Shown here piece after piece: positions 28,135 to 63,520 of a stretch of DNA of 64,000 bases; position 1 is the first letter of the stretch, and every line of letters begins with the position of its first letter. A program made the translations under genes and the position numbers. The notes under the pieces were generated by a model. The model worked only from the letters and a program-made list of their open reading frames with translations. It did no database searches and had not been told where the DNA came from. The stretch is from Bugula neritina (lineage: Eukaryota > Animalia > Bryozoa). The stretch covers positions 17,112,995 through 17,176,994 of the forward strand of contig OZ037765.1 of the NCBI GenBank assembly GCA_964035545.1. The letters are read 5' to 3'.

Positions 28135-31100
28135 CTACAACAAAGAGTAGTCTATTTCAATCAAAAACATTAATTTGAATTCAAATTGTGGTGTGAAACC
28201 CAATCAGTGAATCTGTGATACATAACATAATATTTATACGTAATAAAAATCACAACCCCTATGAAATAGCTATGACAGCATGTAGTTTACTTATAGTACC
28301 AACCATTTTTCAATATAAGCTATAGTCATGTAAATACAATTTGAATATCTGAAACCCAAAACATGTAGAAATTCAAGAAATCCTACATCGAGAACAATTA
28401 TTTAGAAAAATTGCGTTCTAGTGAAAATTACTGCCCCAGCTTTATACGAGTTTTTGATGTTGAGCAAAAAAGCTCAGACTGTTAGAAATATTTCTGGTTG
28501 CTATGCCTATAGACTGTGGCAGTTCCTGGTTTGGGTTGATTGAGAGCAGCATTTATTGGAGGAAAGGGGGGGGGGGGTTGTCAAAAGGAATATTAACTAT
28601 CACAAAGTGGCTTTCATGGATAGAAAGGCAGTGATACAAATCTCCTATTGAAGTTAGCTGAAAAAGCTTTTACTTGAAAAAATATATTGAATATTAAATT
28701 CTATAAGCTTATAACTTTTTTGAAAATGCAGCATACCTCATATGATGTTGGATCCATGGCACTTATAAAGCAATAAGCAAAGATGAGTTGATTTTACTAG
28801 AGAAGCAAGTACAAGACTGAACAGTGAATAAGATACCAACTTGAAAATGCTAGAATAACAGGCTGATGAGATATCTACAGACTGACACAGGCAGCTAACT
28901 AGCTCAAATGAGAATAACTGGCAAATGAATCTCTTACTTGTAGATATGATCTGATATTACTCAGCAAAATGATGCCAGATTAATTAGCATTTCACTAATT
29001 AGTTACTGGTTGTTGTATTTTCAGTAGCTGTAGCGTTACAGAACAGCATTAATAAGTGCAAAGGTCAACAATGATGTTAGAATATTAGAAAACATTACAT
29101 ACAAGCTTGCTTTGTCCATGGAAATTGGAAGTAATTACTGGTACAACAGTCCACAGCTTTTATAAATCCATTATTTAGTTTAATGGAACAGCAATGAGAT
29201 TTATCAGAACCATTGAACACCAACTCACCGACATAATTTTTATATCACTATTACATGTTACTATTAGTATTTTATTGGTAAAGTGTGAACTCCATAATTT
29301 TGCAATTTAGCAGCTTGTCCACCTGAACAAAACCAAAAGCAAGCATAGTCTTCTAGAAATACAAGAGTCTCAACAATTGCATTAATTTGACTAGGTGAAT
29401 ATACTTCTGATGCTAAACTGACAAAATGAACATCAAAACAGAGTGAACAAGTATGACCAGCCTCTTCCTGAGTTATACAACACTGACAACCAGATTGAGA
29501 AAAAATGAACTTAAACTTTAACTTATGTATAATATAGAAAAAGAATGGTAATGGTATAACTATAACTTATTAACTATAACTACATCATCAATATAGATTT
29601 CATACCATGTCCAATGGTACATTGGTTGTAGAGTGTTGGTTAGCGACTAAATTTTGCCATAAATCCATTGTTTTTGAGTGTTTAACAGCGTTTAAGTTTA
29701 ACAATTGGATACAAAAACTATCGAGACTTGGAAATGTAAGTTTAGCCCAGCCACGCTTCAGTTACGATACTAGCCGTGACCTACTGAGAAATCAATTTAG
29801 CATAGTTGGCAGCCACTGAAAGGTCAAAGTTCAGCAAGTTTAGTTGGATTTCAATCACGTCAATGTGATGAGATGACTAAATCGACATATCAATACCATT
29901 TGACTTATTTCAGCGGCTAGGCTCAAAACTTCAAAACATACCCAAATAGCCCTGTCAAGACTTTCCCAATCTGAAATATCTTCCATTTTCTCAACAAGTC
30001 TTTCATATAAAGGTCGAGAATTTTTAAAAGTTTTTCGGAAGGTTTGCCTTAAAATACCCATTTTCAACAGCCCTTCCTTCTGCTTCAACTTTTTAAAAGC
30101 AAATGTGTCATGCCTTACCTTCATAGCTTGTTCAGAAGATTTAGCTTGACACTCGTGTCATAAAAGCTGCAACTACACATAACTTGAGTCCTGAATAGCA
30201 CCAACAAGTGTCTGAGAATTACTATGAACAGACAAGACCACACAGGAGCAGGCTTGTTGACTAATCAAAACACAAGTGACGACTCATAGCTACTAGCTAT
30301 TCCAAACTGCGTTGTAAGCTTTAGTCTTCTTGAAATGCTGGTAGGAAAATATGGCTTTATCATGAATCCAATACAGTGATGCAAGAACATGACAATCTAG
30401 CAGTATTTCCAAACTCTAAATTATATACTGCACATGAAAAAACCTACAAATTACCTGTTTGAAAGTGTTGAAGACTTCAGTATGACTTACTCCATTAGTG
30501 AAATGCAGTGTTTTTGGTTCTAATATTTTAGCATTTTCTAAAGGCTGTTCAACAATTTTTTTCAATAAAATCATCTTGGCATTGCATACCGAAATAGAAA
30601 GCAGTTTAATGCATTAATCTAGAGCTAACGCTTTAACAATACTTTAGATTTTGACACATTTGTTAGTAACTTGCATAGTGAAAACTACATTTAAACTATT
30701 ATCCCAGGACAACTGTAGATAATTGATGGGCTCTGTGAACCATCAATCAGTGCCTAGCAACTCTATCAAGTTTTCAGTTTGAAATGCTTTAAAAAGATAC
30801 CAGGAATAGAAATTAAATGGTGCATGCAAAATGATGGTGCAGTAGTCATGGAATGCCATAACAGCTATATTTGTAGTAGGAACCAACCAGTTTTACCATT
30901 TTAACTCATTTTATATTCAAAGCTTAGGAACTAACCACTGCAAACCACTATAGTATAGTATTTTTATTCATAGTAATAACTGCAGGGCCAAGTAGCCTCT
31001 AGTTTTAATTGTGTATCACTAATGAGCATATTTGGTCATTGGTAACATGAGTCTGTATGGAACCAAATACTGCAATAAATGACTTTAAATATAAACTGGT

Positions 31101-34100
31101 ATACGTCATAAATAAATATACTATGGCATAGCTGGCTATTGGGAGTTATGTACACAAACAAGCTGTGGCGCATAAATACATTTTTTTCAACAAATAACTA
31201 TTACAGCCTATAATTCACTTGCAAAATTTGAAAATATTTGAAATTTATCTTTTATAAAACTGCAAGTGTTGAAATCTGCAATAAAGCAGTTTGTGTTCTT
31301 TTGGCTGCTTCTAATACAACTTATTATTGCTTAGCAAAGTTTTAAGTATACAGATAAGACAACTCTAAATATTTAGTTACTGCTATTTATTTTAAGTTAT
31401 ATGCTCTAACAAATAATATTCATGAGTGAGTAGTGTGCGTGTGGTAACATATGATATTAATTGATTTAAGTTTGGAAGAATCAGTATATCATAATGTGAC
31501 ATTTCATTTTAATAAGTCAAATCAGCATGTAAAAGATAATATTTCAATGTTTGGTAGGCTTACGTAATGTCACTATAATAGACTTATATATAAGTTTATT
31601 ATAGGAGCCAGTGTTGAAATTGAAATAAACTTAATCATGCTAATTTTATCTGTGTGTAATATATATATATATGGTTCTGCATTGTTGAATATTTACTATG
31701 CTATACAGTTTACTATACTATGTTATACTCTATAGTTTATAGAAACTGCACAGTATAGTAAATTGATAGAGAAGACAACACACTAAATAGTGCCACCACA
31801 TCTGCTGCACTAAAGTTGTTATCAGCATTTAGATTTTAGAGTCAATGACACTGCTGTTTGACTGATGCTAATATAGGGAATGTGATTACCACAAATAATA
31901 TCAGTTGTAAATTACATTTATAATACCTTGTTAGTTGTTAACTCAGTTTGCAGTAGACACGCTGTTATTAAATTATATACAATAGCCATGCCAGAACTTC
32001 AAGCTTCAGCTAATTAAGATTAGTCAATTTTTTAAGGTGCAGTCATCTTTCGTTACTTTTAGTAATTATGCCACTATTATAATGCAGAAAAGAAACCTGC
32101 AAAATTTTAGCTATTATTTTAATTGAAAATGCCACAATGCAGATAGAAAATATCAATAATGCAATAATTAAACTGTATAACATTTTATATAATACTAATG
32201 GAATAATGTCACCTACTCCATTTACTATACTATCAACCCACATACTCTATAGGGCAATGACAGGTGCATCTTATCAGTATAGAAGCACTAGTGTAGGTAA
32301 TGAGGCGCAGCCAAAACAAATACAATCTATAAGTATAATGGCATTTATTATGCGAAAGATATTAATCTAGATTTATTACATTATTTTGCTATTCTTTACT
32401 TTTTCTCTACAGTTATTCATACCTGCTATAACATATATTATTAAAATTCAGTAAAAACAATTGATGAAAATGAATTTTTGAAGATAAAAAGCTTAAACGA
32501 TTTGCTTCTCTCATATGCCTATATATTAAAGGTTTCAGTTTAACTTTCAAGCTAGTAACATTGCCATGGTAGTAGTACGTGTATACACGAGTACCAGCAT
32601 TAGCAACCTTAGTGTTTTACATAGGACTGTATTCAAGTGCACCATTACTAACTAATTCAATAATAAAAAATATTTAATCCCTCTTGTAACCATAGGGAAA
32701 GTATTGCTGAAGCACACTTGAGTCTAGGAGCTAATTGCTATTGAATTTTGTGAACCTACTATTACAGTTTAGTAAATTCCTACAGGCAATTGCCATTATG
32801 AAGCTTACTCTACTGTACATAGCCTTTAGCATTGCCTCTCCCCTAAACTAACTACTGACGAATAACTGCAATAATGTCACATACTACAATTTATATGTCA
32901 AAAAAACCTCACAGTGATTGTGTTATCACTCAATTTATCCAGGAGTTATCCACTTTTTCTTAGTAATGCGTGAGGGAAACCATTGTAAAATTAAAAAAAA
33001 AATTTAAAATGCCAAAATGTGAGTTCAAATATTAATCAAACCACCACAAGAATTATATGAGTCATATATAATATATACACATAATATATACTGTATTTGA
33101 GTTCTTTTTAAAAAGTTTGTGTTGAAGAAATGCAGCCCTGTCAGAGTGAGTGGTTAGTTATTACTATGCATGCAGTGACAACTCCTTCCTTGTCACTGGC
33201 CATGTAATAGGCCACCCAACATCCTGCTGAGCAATCTAGAACTTTCTTATGCAATTCAAAATAATGAACTGAATAAAAATTTGCTTATTACAACCTTGTC
33301 ATACTGATTATCTTTGTTATTGGTAAAATTAAATTCCTATTTGTAAAATAATTCCCATAATTTAGTAGACTAGCTTAAACTTTGCATTTTCTTTATAGCT
33401 TTAGTACATGCGAAGACAAAATCTCCAACAAAATGCTAAAAACACTTTGCTTGCATTTAAACTAAAAAAAACATACACAGCATATCTTTTATAGGGTTGC
33501 AAGCATTTTACAGGAATAGTACTCTGTTTCTAGTAGCCTAGGTATACAGTCTAGGTATAGCCAAGTTTCTATACAACTGCTATAATACAGTGCTAGTTTT
33601 GGCCAACCTGTGTGAATTGGTTAGCGCTTTATTATAAAGAAGCATTTCAGACTGCTGAGAACTAGGCTATGTGCTGTTAAGACAATTATACTAATTACGG
33701 TGTTTGCCATATGCTGTCCTTTGTCACAAGTCTATAGTGAAGTAGTCAATAAAATCTTAATTAAAAATCTTAATAAAGCTGCCCAGTAGCTGCTAATGTA
33801 GAATATCCATTTATATTTTAATTAAACAGCTGTGTCAAGCTGTGACAGCAGCATATATGTTACAGTATTGTCTGTTTCTAAGTCCTTGAACTTTAACTTA
33901 GATCTGCCAGTAGCAATGAGTTCACAGCTGACATAACTTTCACCATTTTGCACAGAAGGAGTATGCAGCATATAGTTGCTTAGCTAGTGTAATAATTCTA
34001 CTCGCATACTTTCCGCCAGGCTGAATATTGATTTATTTGGTTAGAAAGCAACTTTGTATGTTAATTTATACAGTTTTATAAACACGTAAAATAACCCATA

Positions 34101-37100
34101 AATTACTTTTTCGAATTTGAGACTCATAAATCAGTCAACCAGATAGAACAATGGTGCTCTAAGAGTCAGAACACCATGCTGGAAGATATAGCTGTGTGTA
34201 TTGACTGGTGTAATGGCAAATCCTATGGCAAGAAATTATAGGATGATGAGTCACCAAGAAAAAATGCTGCTTCCTGTGCATGTGAATGATTGGTCAACTG
34301 GTCAACTAAAGGGTGCACTGATAAAAACCAATTTAAATTAAACATGGAAATCTTATCAATTAGCTAAATTGCATAAATCCCCTTTGTCTTTAGAAAAAAA
34401 AAACCATCAACTTGCCATAAAGATTTTAATTTCTCAAGATCCTATTCCCAAAAATGACCTCCAATTTAATTAAAATGTACTATCAAACATCTGAATATGC
34501 ATTTCAAGAGTTGGTACAGACAACTACTTGCTCATCTAACATCTGGTGAAAAGATTTGCTGCATTAGGAATACTAAAAGACTGAACTATTTTAATATAAA
34601 CCAATATACATCTGTACACACTACACAAGCAAGGTTTGCTTTATAATATGATCTCGTTACACTGTAGCACAACACAACTACAGAGCTATGGAAATGCCTA
34701 TGGCAAAGCATATTGATAAATTTGGTATGTAACTGTGGGACATATGTAAGAGTTGACTGCTGCTAGTATTAAAAGCAGATAGTGAATATACCAACTACAC
34801 TGCTGTTGGCAGTATATCATGGCAAGAGAGATGAATGGATAAGAGAAAGTGTGTATGTAAAAATACAAACAAAATGAAAATGTTTTTGTAAAGCCAGACG
34901 TGTTATAGCTATTCTGCACTCAGTAAAGTGTTACTGAACACACTTTACTGTACTAGAAAACTGAGCAGTGTCTGCACTTATTGTTACAGTGTACCTAATT
35001 TTAACTCACAAATATTACTTCCGGTTAGAGGGTTTCTCTACTTCTGTGTAAAATATAATAAACCAGTAACTTTGTGATAAAACAATTGAAATGTTTTTTT
35101 AAAGTATACTACATTTTGTTCTTCTATTTTTGAAGAATAGAAACAATGGTGACATATATAAAACACAGTTTGGCAGGCGAAATGTTCGCTGATTAGCCCA
35201 ATCATGCTCCACTGCATTTAGCCAAGTGACAAAATGGGTTTACTTAGATTTTTGCAAAAAATTCCTTTTTCTATAATAGGTTTTTCCAAGGCATAGTGTA
35301 CCAGGTGATTTTACAATTTCTATTTTAATTGTATTAGGCAGTTAACTTTTTCACACGGTTTCTTCATTCATTCTGAATAAGTAAACGAAGAAGCTATGAA
35401 CATACCCCACGGCAGAGTATGTAATTACTAGGCACATTCTATAGAATGGTGGTGTTTTACATTTTGTTAATCAAGAAAATGCGGTAATATTTGCTATATC
35501 GTTGGATATCCTAATACCAAGTATAATACTACTTTATAAGTTATATACTTTCTACAAAACCCATTACTATTGCTGTGTGACACTTCTTGTCAATAGTTAT
35601 AAAGATACTGATAATAATACAATTTAGATTTTTCTTATCACATCTAAGAAACAAGGCATATGTAATTATACACAACTAATATAGACCAGGAAAGTGTGAA
35701 ATAGGCCGATGTAGTCATTCTGTATTAGTAAGACAGCCCCTTATCACTTTTTGTATGCTAAAACTAAATGACACTTGGACAATCTTGTTAATTTATGCAG
35801 ATGAATAAAGCTGACTCAAATACTACGCACTAACAATCACAGTGTACACATTATAGTGTAGCTTATCCATACTCATCCTATCTATACTGGAGCAGCTTAT
35901 ATAATATACCATAGTGATGTAACTTGGCCTCTTCTACTAGCATATTGGGAGAGCAGGGAACAAGAAAATAAAGTTAATAGGCCATCAAAATATCATATCG
36001 GTAATTTGTTAACTTTTCACTGCAGTTTTCATTCTTCCAATAAATACACACTGCAGTTGAAGTTCTCAGTATATATGCCATTCAAATATGGTGTTCCTTA
36101 ATGGTAAAAGTAAAAGTTGTTATAAAAAAAAGAATATAATTAGTATAGCATTTTAAGGTGCAACAACTGTGATCTCATGTGGTCATTTGGGAGATTATTT
36201 TCACGTCAGCTCAGAGCACAATCTCAGTGTAGAGTCCAACATGATATAATATTGATTGTCATTTTCCTAGCTATGTGAAGATGGTCAATTATACATCTTC
36301 CATAAGCCATTGACTCTGTTAGTTGTTTATAACAGTAAGGTAGTAGGAGATGGTGTGTATAACTTGGTAATAATACATAAATATACACAATACATAAATA
36401 TACACGTACTATTAATGTATGCTGCTGATAGGAATGGAGGGCTGGAATCACTGGTTTAATTGATGAGCCAGCATAATAGCAGTGATTACTTACATCTTGC
36501 GCTATATAATTATTGTAATATTATACAAATAATAATAGAGAAGTGCATGGTGACGTTACTTACTGTCCAACTCACTACTAGCCATGCGGCCAACAAGAAA
36601 TGTTATATTTTAGTAGCGACCTTCACTGCAAGTGCAAAAGTACAACTTAATGTATAGAATAGTAACATATTTTTAATATTTTCTCTTGTATTATATTTTG
36701 AGCTTCTACTAGTTCTGCCTAAATCAGCTGCTATATATTTTCAATCAATGATATCTTTTAATGCTAGGATTAAAAAAAACATTTTATCAGCTTAAATAAA
36801 ACAATTATCAAGATAGCGAGAGTGCAATGCAAAACAAACAAAAACAAAAGGTCGATTGATGAAAACAGCTGTTTACAGTAAGCAATCGTAGTGTAATGGT
36901 ACATTTCAATTTTTTATTTAATATAAAACATGGGATATTTGTGCTAATAAATGTGGGAGCAAAAGCTAATATCAACTCCCCACAGAATTCATGCTACAGA
37001 TGGAATGGAGTATAATGCTAATACAATATGGTGGGAGAATAGAGAGAGATGGTAGGGTAGACAGGGGCTGGGAGAGTAGACAGGGTAAATGCTGCTTTAC

Positions 37101-40100
37101 TCTGCAGTATGGAGGCAGAGTGTGTGATGTTAAATATGCTAAATTATTCAATACACTTGGGAGCAAACTCTGCTCCAAGAAGTCTCATTTCCATCACTTT
37201 ATAGAATGATTCCTATGCCCAAATTCCCTTGAGAATTTTTTACTACATTAGAAGCTGCACAGCACACCATAACATAATAAATGTGTGAGAAAATTCAATA
37301 TAAACTAAATGTAGTGAAGATTGCAAAGCCCAGATAAGCCAATAGAGTGACTTTACAACCAAAGCAATGCTGGGTGACCGAGGCTAGGGACAAATGCACA
37401 GGCTAAGCTGGTTAAGGCAGCGAGGTAACAGAAATCATCGATAAAATCTTATTTCATCAAAGGTCAGGAAGCCTGATAAATAGAAATACTAAAGCTATAT
37501 AGCTGATGGCTTCACATGCATGTTCCTAGTCGACTATGTTGTTGGTTATTACCACACAAGTTCACATCTTAGAGATCTGCTACCAACACGTAATCGTGCA
37601 CTCACCTCTGTGCTGCTACAGCTCCGTCAACTTGGATCAATTTTCCACACTATATTCACAATTCACACCTCAACTCATCCAGTGCAAGCCTGGATTATGT
37701 AAACTTCTAACACTAGTTTTTGCAGAATATGTAGCATAATAGAGAAATCATATATTTTACACAAGTTATGCATAGCCATTTAATGATTTATGATGACATG
37801 AGGGGAAGATGAACATTTCTTGGGGATATTTTAGTGCACATGAAAATGTCAAATTTGAACAACACTTTCAACTAAATTGGGACTATACTACTAGACTGTA
37901 AATGTATTACTTACGAAGTATTAATACTACGAGACCATTTGTATACTATATACTAGAAACGTGCAGTATAAACTGTTACAACCAGAGCTGTAGTATCCCA
38001 ATAACAATAACGCCAGTAATAAACTTGAAACTTCTCATTGTAAAGCAAGCTATGATAAATGAGTAATACGAACTGGAGAACAGTGTGTGCTTATCGGTGT
38101 CACTAGAATTACCAAAGCAATCGTAAAGTTTGCAAACATAGATTTTATTGTAGTTGTACATCATATTAAAATTTACAGCCTTTTATCTATAAGCAAGTAA
38201 GATAATCAGACTGTACAATAATTCAAGTTGATAGGAGTTATAACAAGTGTTGCATTGTTCAGCCTGTGTACTAAAGTATATCATTCAGTTTTAGAAACTA
38301 CAAGCCTTTCGTAGCGCCCAAAAGACTGCATTTCTTCCATTACTTGAAGTAACAATTATATGTAGAGCCTGCAGTTAACTACTACAGGAAGTGCTGTTAC
38401 AGTAGCTGCTCCCATTTACATCAGATTGAATGATTATAACCAAAATGATTTATTTCTGGTAGAGAAAGCGTATCTCCTTATGTTATATTTGTGGAATTAT
38501 TCAAAACATGCATGATAATTTATGTCAACAAGGCATATAATTTATGCAAGTATTTGATAAATTAGCTTTTAGTGACAGCCAAAATGTTTGATGCATTGCA
38601 ATATATAGTCAAAAACATTGTAGTACTGGGTAACTAGGTATTGCTAGTAGTACTAGATACTGCTATGTAATACTGTTACCTGCAGAGTATAATATAGTTT
38701 ATTAGTTGTGATAGAACTGAATATCTACAATGCTAAGTACTGAAGGTATTTTTCCAACCAGAAAATCCTGGCAACCATTATCTTAGTAACTGCGCTACTT
38801 TTATCTATGTCAGCTTCTGGCATGAACATTGAGTAGCTCAGTGGAATAACAACAAAAACTTTTTGGAATATTGTAGCTTCACAATACTGATATGAACTGC
38901 ATTTTATTACATTATTTATTTTTAGGTTTCCTAAAGTATTCCAGACCTAAGTTTTAAACCAATCACTATTTTCCCCAAATGTATGACTAATGTATTAATA
39001 GCTTATATTTCTAAAAATAGTATTTGGACAAGTTATGGCCGGACATGGACCATGAGTCATAATAACCTGGCTCAGAAATAACTGAACCAATAGGCTGAAG
39101 GGTATTAATAAAGGTTTGCTCACAATCCCAAGGCAGTCTCACAGCCACTTCTGAGTGAACAGGGTTTTTCAAAACTCACTAATATGACTGACTGAGCAGT
39201 TGAAATTAAATGTTTACCAGCAAACAATACATTTTCTATAGTTCTTATACCATTTAATAAGCCAACCTTAATCTCTATCCTTATTAAATACACAAGTTTT
39301 CAACAGCAAAAAACACCTGTGTTAGGAGCATTACCATCTTGATGTATCCGTCCTTTTGTGACTTTCAAAAGCAATATTTTATCTAATTATCTCAATATGG
39401 CTGAACCTCTACCCTGTATTTCTGGCTATATACTAACTGTTATTTTTAAAATATTATTCACTTTGTGTTGGCTGAATTTGTTTATTAGTTGGAGAAAGGA
39501 GGCTTGTATATTTTACACATTAGGCTATTTTAATTTTAGGTTCATCAATATTACTTCATTTTAACCAAATGGAAATATGTGGAGTTGAACTGATTGCAGT
39601 AGCTGAATTAATATTGTCTAGATATAGAATGGAATGCTGAAATATACAATTAATAGAAATAGCTAGCATAGTTAAACTATCGAATGAACCAACTAGAGAA
39701 AAACAACCTGGGTGGTAAGGGGATACAATTAAAACCCTAGACTGGAATTCTACCAGTGAGAAATCACCTTATTGAGACAACAGGAGTATCAGTAGAAATG
39801 AAGAAAAGGGGGGGGAGGGTCACCACATTCAATTTTGACTTTGGTACATCTATAAGTTTAGAAATAAGCTGCTTTTAGTCCAAATGAAAGCTTTTTCAAA
39901 AAATCTTAAAAATAGCTCTTAATTAGTCCAAATTCAAGCTACAACTACACAACCAGCAAATAAAGAAGTTTGGTATGAAAGTGTGCCCCATCAACCTGTG
40001 AAGATTTGTATTTGTGTAGTCTCTTTTTACATGCTTTCTACTAACCAATTATTATTCATCAAGACCAGGAAATGCTTGGGTAACATCAAGAAAGTTAAAA

Positions 40101-40280
40101 TATTAAAACTATACAAATCTCAATTGCATCTGATTGACCACATTTGGTATATCTGCATATGTTTTCAGTTCATACCTGTTTTTACAAATTTCATGTATAT
40201 ATAATTGTATCATTTCAACTTTGTATCCTGTATTCCTTCCTACCTAAGCAGCATATTACATGGGTAATGGTAATACTTAC

Positions 40281-40403
40281 TTGTTTTAAGCCATTGCTTT
40301 GTATTTGACAGCTAAGTTTGCTAGTTTGGCAAATATTAGTCAGCCTCACAGCTGGATGTATGGTTGCCAGTGGACCAGCTGGAAGCTTCAGAGCTTCTGT
40401 CAT
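40281..40403 (-). CDS. Candidate distal first coding exon of RBFOX
   Basis: MTEALKLPAGPLATIHPAVRLTNICQTSKLSCQIQSNGLKQ ends at a consensus donor CAA|gtaagt in phase 0, matching the phase-0 acceptor at 28134 (HMVQ...). Confidence 0.45.
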
Positions 40404-42703
40404 GTTCTGACAGCAGACAGCAACACTCGCTGATATAAGTCACTCTATCCCTGCATGTACCAAGCTAAGTTGCTATTCGGCTACCCAGCTGAAGAGAATA
40501 TGTCAAACATTTCTTAATGTTAAAGCTAGTTGAACATTAGCAAGCTTTTATAACTATCTTAATGACGCATCACCAGAGCAGTAAGTGTGCAATGAACTGG
40601 ACATCTCTATCAAATATGTTGGCTGAAGCATAAGAAATCTACTAAATAATTTGATCACTTTCCCACTCTAGTAGAAATTAAAGTATTTGTATTAAACTGG
40701 ACATTTCCCTATTTTTTATTCATAAAATCCTATCTCAATGACATTTTTATTTCATGATTTAACATGTTTATAAATTCATTGAAACTTAATAAGTTACAAA
40801 ACATGCTTCCTACAATAGCATTATGAAAGCCTCTCTATAAAGGCAAAACATACTGCAACACCTCAGAAAAGCAAAATATATCACTTACCAAGCATTGTAT
40901 GCCAACATGTTTTTCAATTTAAACAATTTTCAGTACCAGAATAGTGGTAATTCTGGGCTAGTAATATTCAGTATGATAAGTATAACACATGGCAATGGTT
41001 CTAGATTTACTTGAACGAATATGAATGAAATTTACTTAGTCTTTGAATAGATGCATCAGTACAGCCCCTTCATTTTATACATTTCCAATCAATCAGTTTA
41101 CAATACAAACTGCACTCAGTGAACTGTTCTAGTGATTGTATTTATAGTTTATACTGTTGGGTAAATCATTCAATATATTTTATACATACCTGATACTAAT
41201 GTGTATAGATTTCCACTTGCAATATTTATGCAGCCTGATTTTTTGTTTATTTAATTAAAGTACTAAGCAAAAACAACTGATAAATATAACTAATAGAATA
41301 GAAACTTGAAATTTAGGACAAGCAAGGAGTGAGCTAGCGCTAGTAGTAGATAGTTTGACCTTGCACTAGTTTGACTCGACCCAATACAACAACAAAACTC
41401 ATCAGCTGCTACCACTCCAATACAGGCAATTATAAATATTGTGTACACGTGATCAAGTACCATCTGCTTCATAATAGCTAAGCCAGCAACCAATCACCAA
41501 CCTCGCTCGATCAACCCTCAGAATCTGGCTAATTATAAGCCGTCACACTCTGCGTAGTCTCAACTTCGCTATTTAGTTGTATTCTGATAGTATTCTCACA
41601 ATAATATTATATGCATGCATATATATAAGATGTATATACATATACATGTATATAATATATATTAGATGTATATACATATAGGCTACATAATATTTATAAT
41701 CATGTTCCATCATTCAAGTTACCCAATGCGAGAAAAAGTGTATCAAACCATCTGAACAACTGAATCACAACATTAAATAGAAAATTCCAAGGCAATAATT
41801 CTTTTGCAGTGTAGCATATTTATTATGTACAGGGCATTCTTATCCATGCTACCAAGCCCTGTTTACAAATTATAGCCACCCACGATGCTTAGCTGACATT
41901 ATTATATAGATATATGATAATTTATGTTGCTTGTTTTTGTTTACTCACAGAACTATTTGATGGTAAAGTATTCTCAACCAAGTTCCATTTTTCTAGGTTC
42001 CCAAAGACATTCAGCATAAAATAAGTTTACACAAAAAAGCTCATAAAAGTCCTTCATCACTTTTCATTTTATTTTAGATTTAACCAGGTTTAGATTATGT
42101 AGTGCTTACAAATACAGTAAGATTTATAAACTAGGAACTTGGATGATTCATTAGTTAGTAATATATAAACAGTCAAACCAGTTCACTGTTAGCAATCAGA
42201 ATAATTTCCTTATCAATGGAATTGTTGCTATCAGATAAATTATATGCAATAGTATGTAGAACAATATGATTCTTCCATAAATCATTATTTACTATCACCA
42301 TGTCAAATGTAGTAACCCATTATGTTGACTTGTTTATCAACACTGTGTTTGTGTTTGTGATGGTGCCGATTTCAGTGAACTTGACTTGGTTTCAACTGGG
42401 AAACAACAAAATATCACGTGACTGCATATATTTAACATTATAAGTGATGATTGTTGAACAAACCTAATTCGCGGCTAGCTCCGAGAAATATAGGTCACAT
42501 GATTGCAAGCTAATCGGGTGTTTATTAAATAAACAATACAACTGTAAGCTAATAAAGGAAATAAGTTGCTTCATGCTCTCATAATTTGGAATAATCTTCT
42601 CATTTTTAAATATTTGGGTAAAGAAAACTCTAAAGACTTAAAATAACTTTCTTAAATAATAAACTAGAAAAATGTGATTTGAGTTCCTGAGAACTTGTGC
42701 CTA

Positions 42704-57729
<15,026 letters not shown>

Positions 57730-57860
57730 TGTTATGTTGGTAGCTGCTCCTATTTCTTATGCATATTTTAAGCAATAGATGAACTATGATTATGGCATTG
57801 TTGCGCTTCAAGTTATATGCATGTGATTTTTGGCTTTTGCTTTCTTATAAAAGTTAAAGT

Positions 57861-58290
57861 AAGTCACTCTCTGCATGTACCAAGCTACATTGCTACTTGG
57901 CTACCTAGCTAAAAAACATTTCTCAATAATGTTAAAGCTAGTTGAACTACATTAGCAAGCATTTGCTATCTTAATGACGCACACCAGAGATATAAGTGTG
58001 CAATGAACTGGACATCTCTATCAAAATGTTGGCTAAATAATGTGGTCACTCCCCAACTAAAGTTAACATTAAAGTGTGCATGTTTTTGTATGAGACTGGA
58101 AATTTCCATTTTTATTCATGCCATCCTCTCACAATTACATTTTTAATTTCATGATTTAACATGTTTATTAAATTCACTTTTGTTACAAATTATACTTTTT
58201 ACAAAAACATTATAAGTTTTTTTTATAAAAGCAAGACGAAACTTAAGAACCCAAGAAATAGAAATATATTACTCACTAAGGATTGTATGA
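57861..58290 (+). repeat. Duplicated non-coding block, paralogous to about 40437-40900; left edge of the tandem duplication
   Basis: Both places carry close variants of aagtcactct..ctgcatgtaccaagcta..taatgttaaagctagttgaac..aatgacgca..taagtgtgcaatgaactggacatctctatcaaa. Confidence 0.9.
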
Positions 58291-58593
58291 TTATTTTGAT
58301 TTCAGTGAACTTAAATTGGTTTTAACAAAATATCACGTGACTGCATATTTATTATTACCAAGCAATAATTGTTTAGCAAATCTAATAGCCTTTGTAGCTA
58401 GCTATACGAAATATAGGTCAAGTCATTTCAAGCTAGTCAGACATTTATTAAATGAACAATACAACTGTAGACCAATAATGAAAAAAGTTGCTTCGTGTTA
58501 TCCTAATAAGCAATAGTTTCTTCCTTCATAACATAAATGGTTGAAAACAACATTCTAAAGACTTGAAAAAGCTTTCTTGAAACCTTGTGCATA

Positions 58594-63520
<4,927 letters not shown>

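Noticed and set aside
29855-30124. 89-aa ORF as an independent gene
   Set aside because: No recognisable homology; only its first two codons plus the donor are of interest as a candidate RBFOX first exon.
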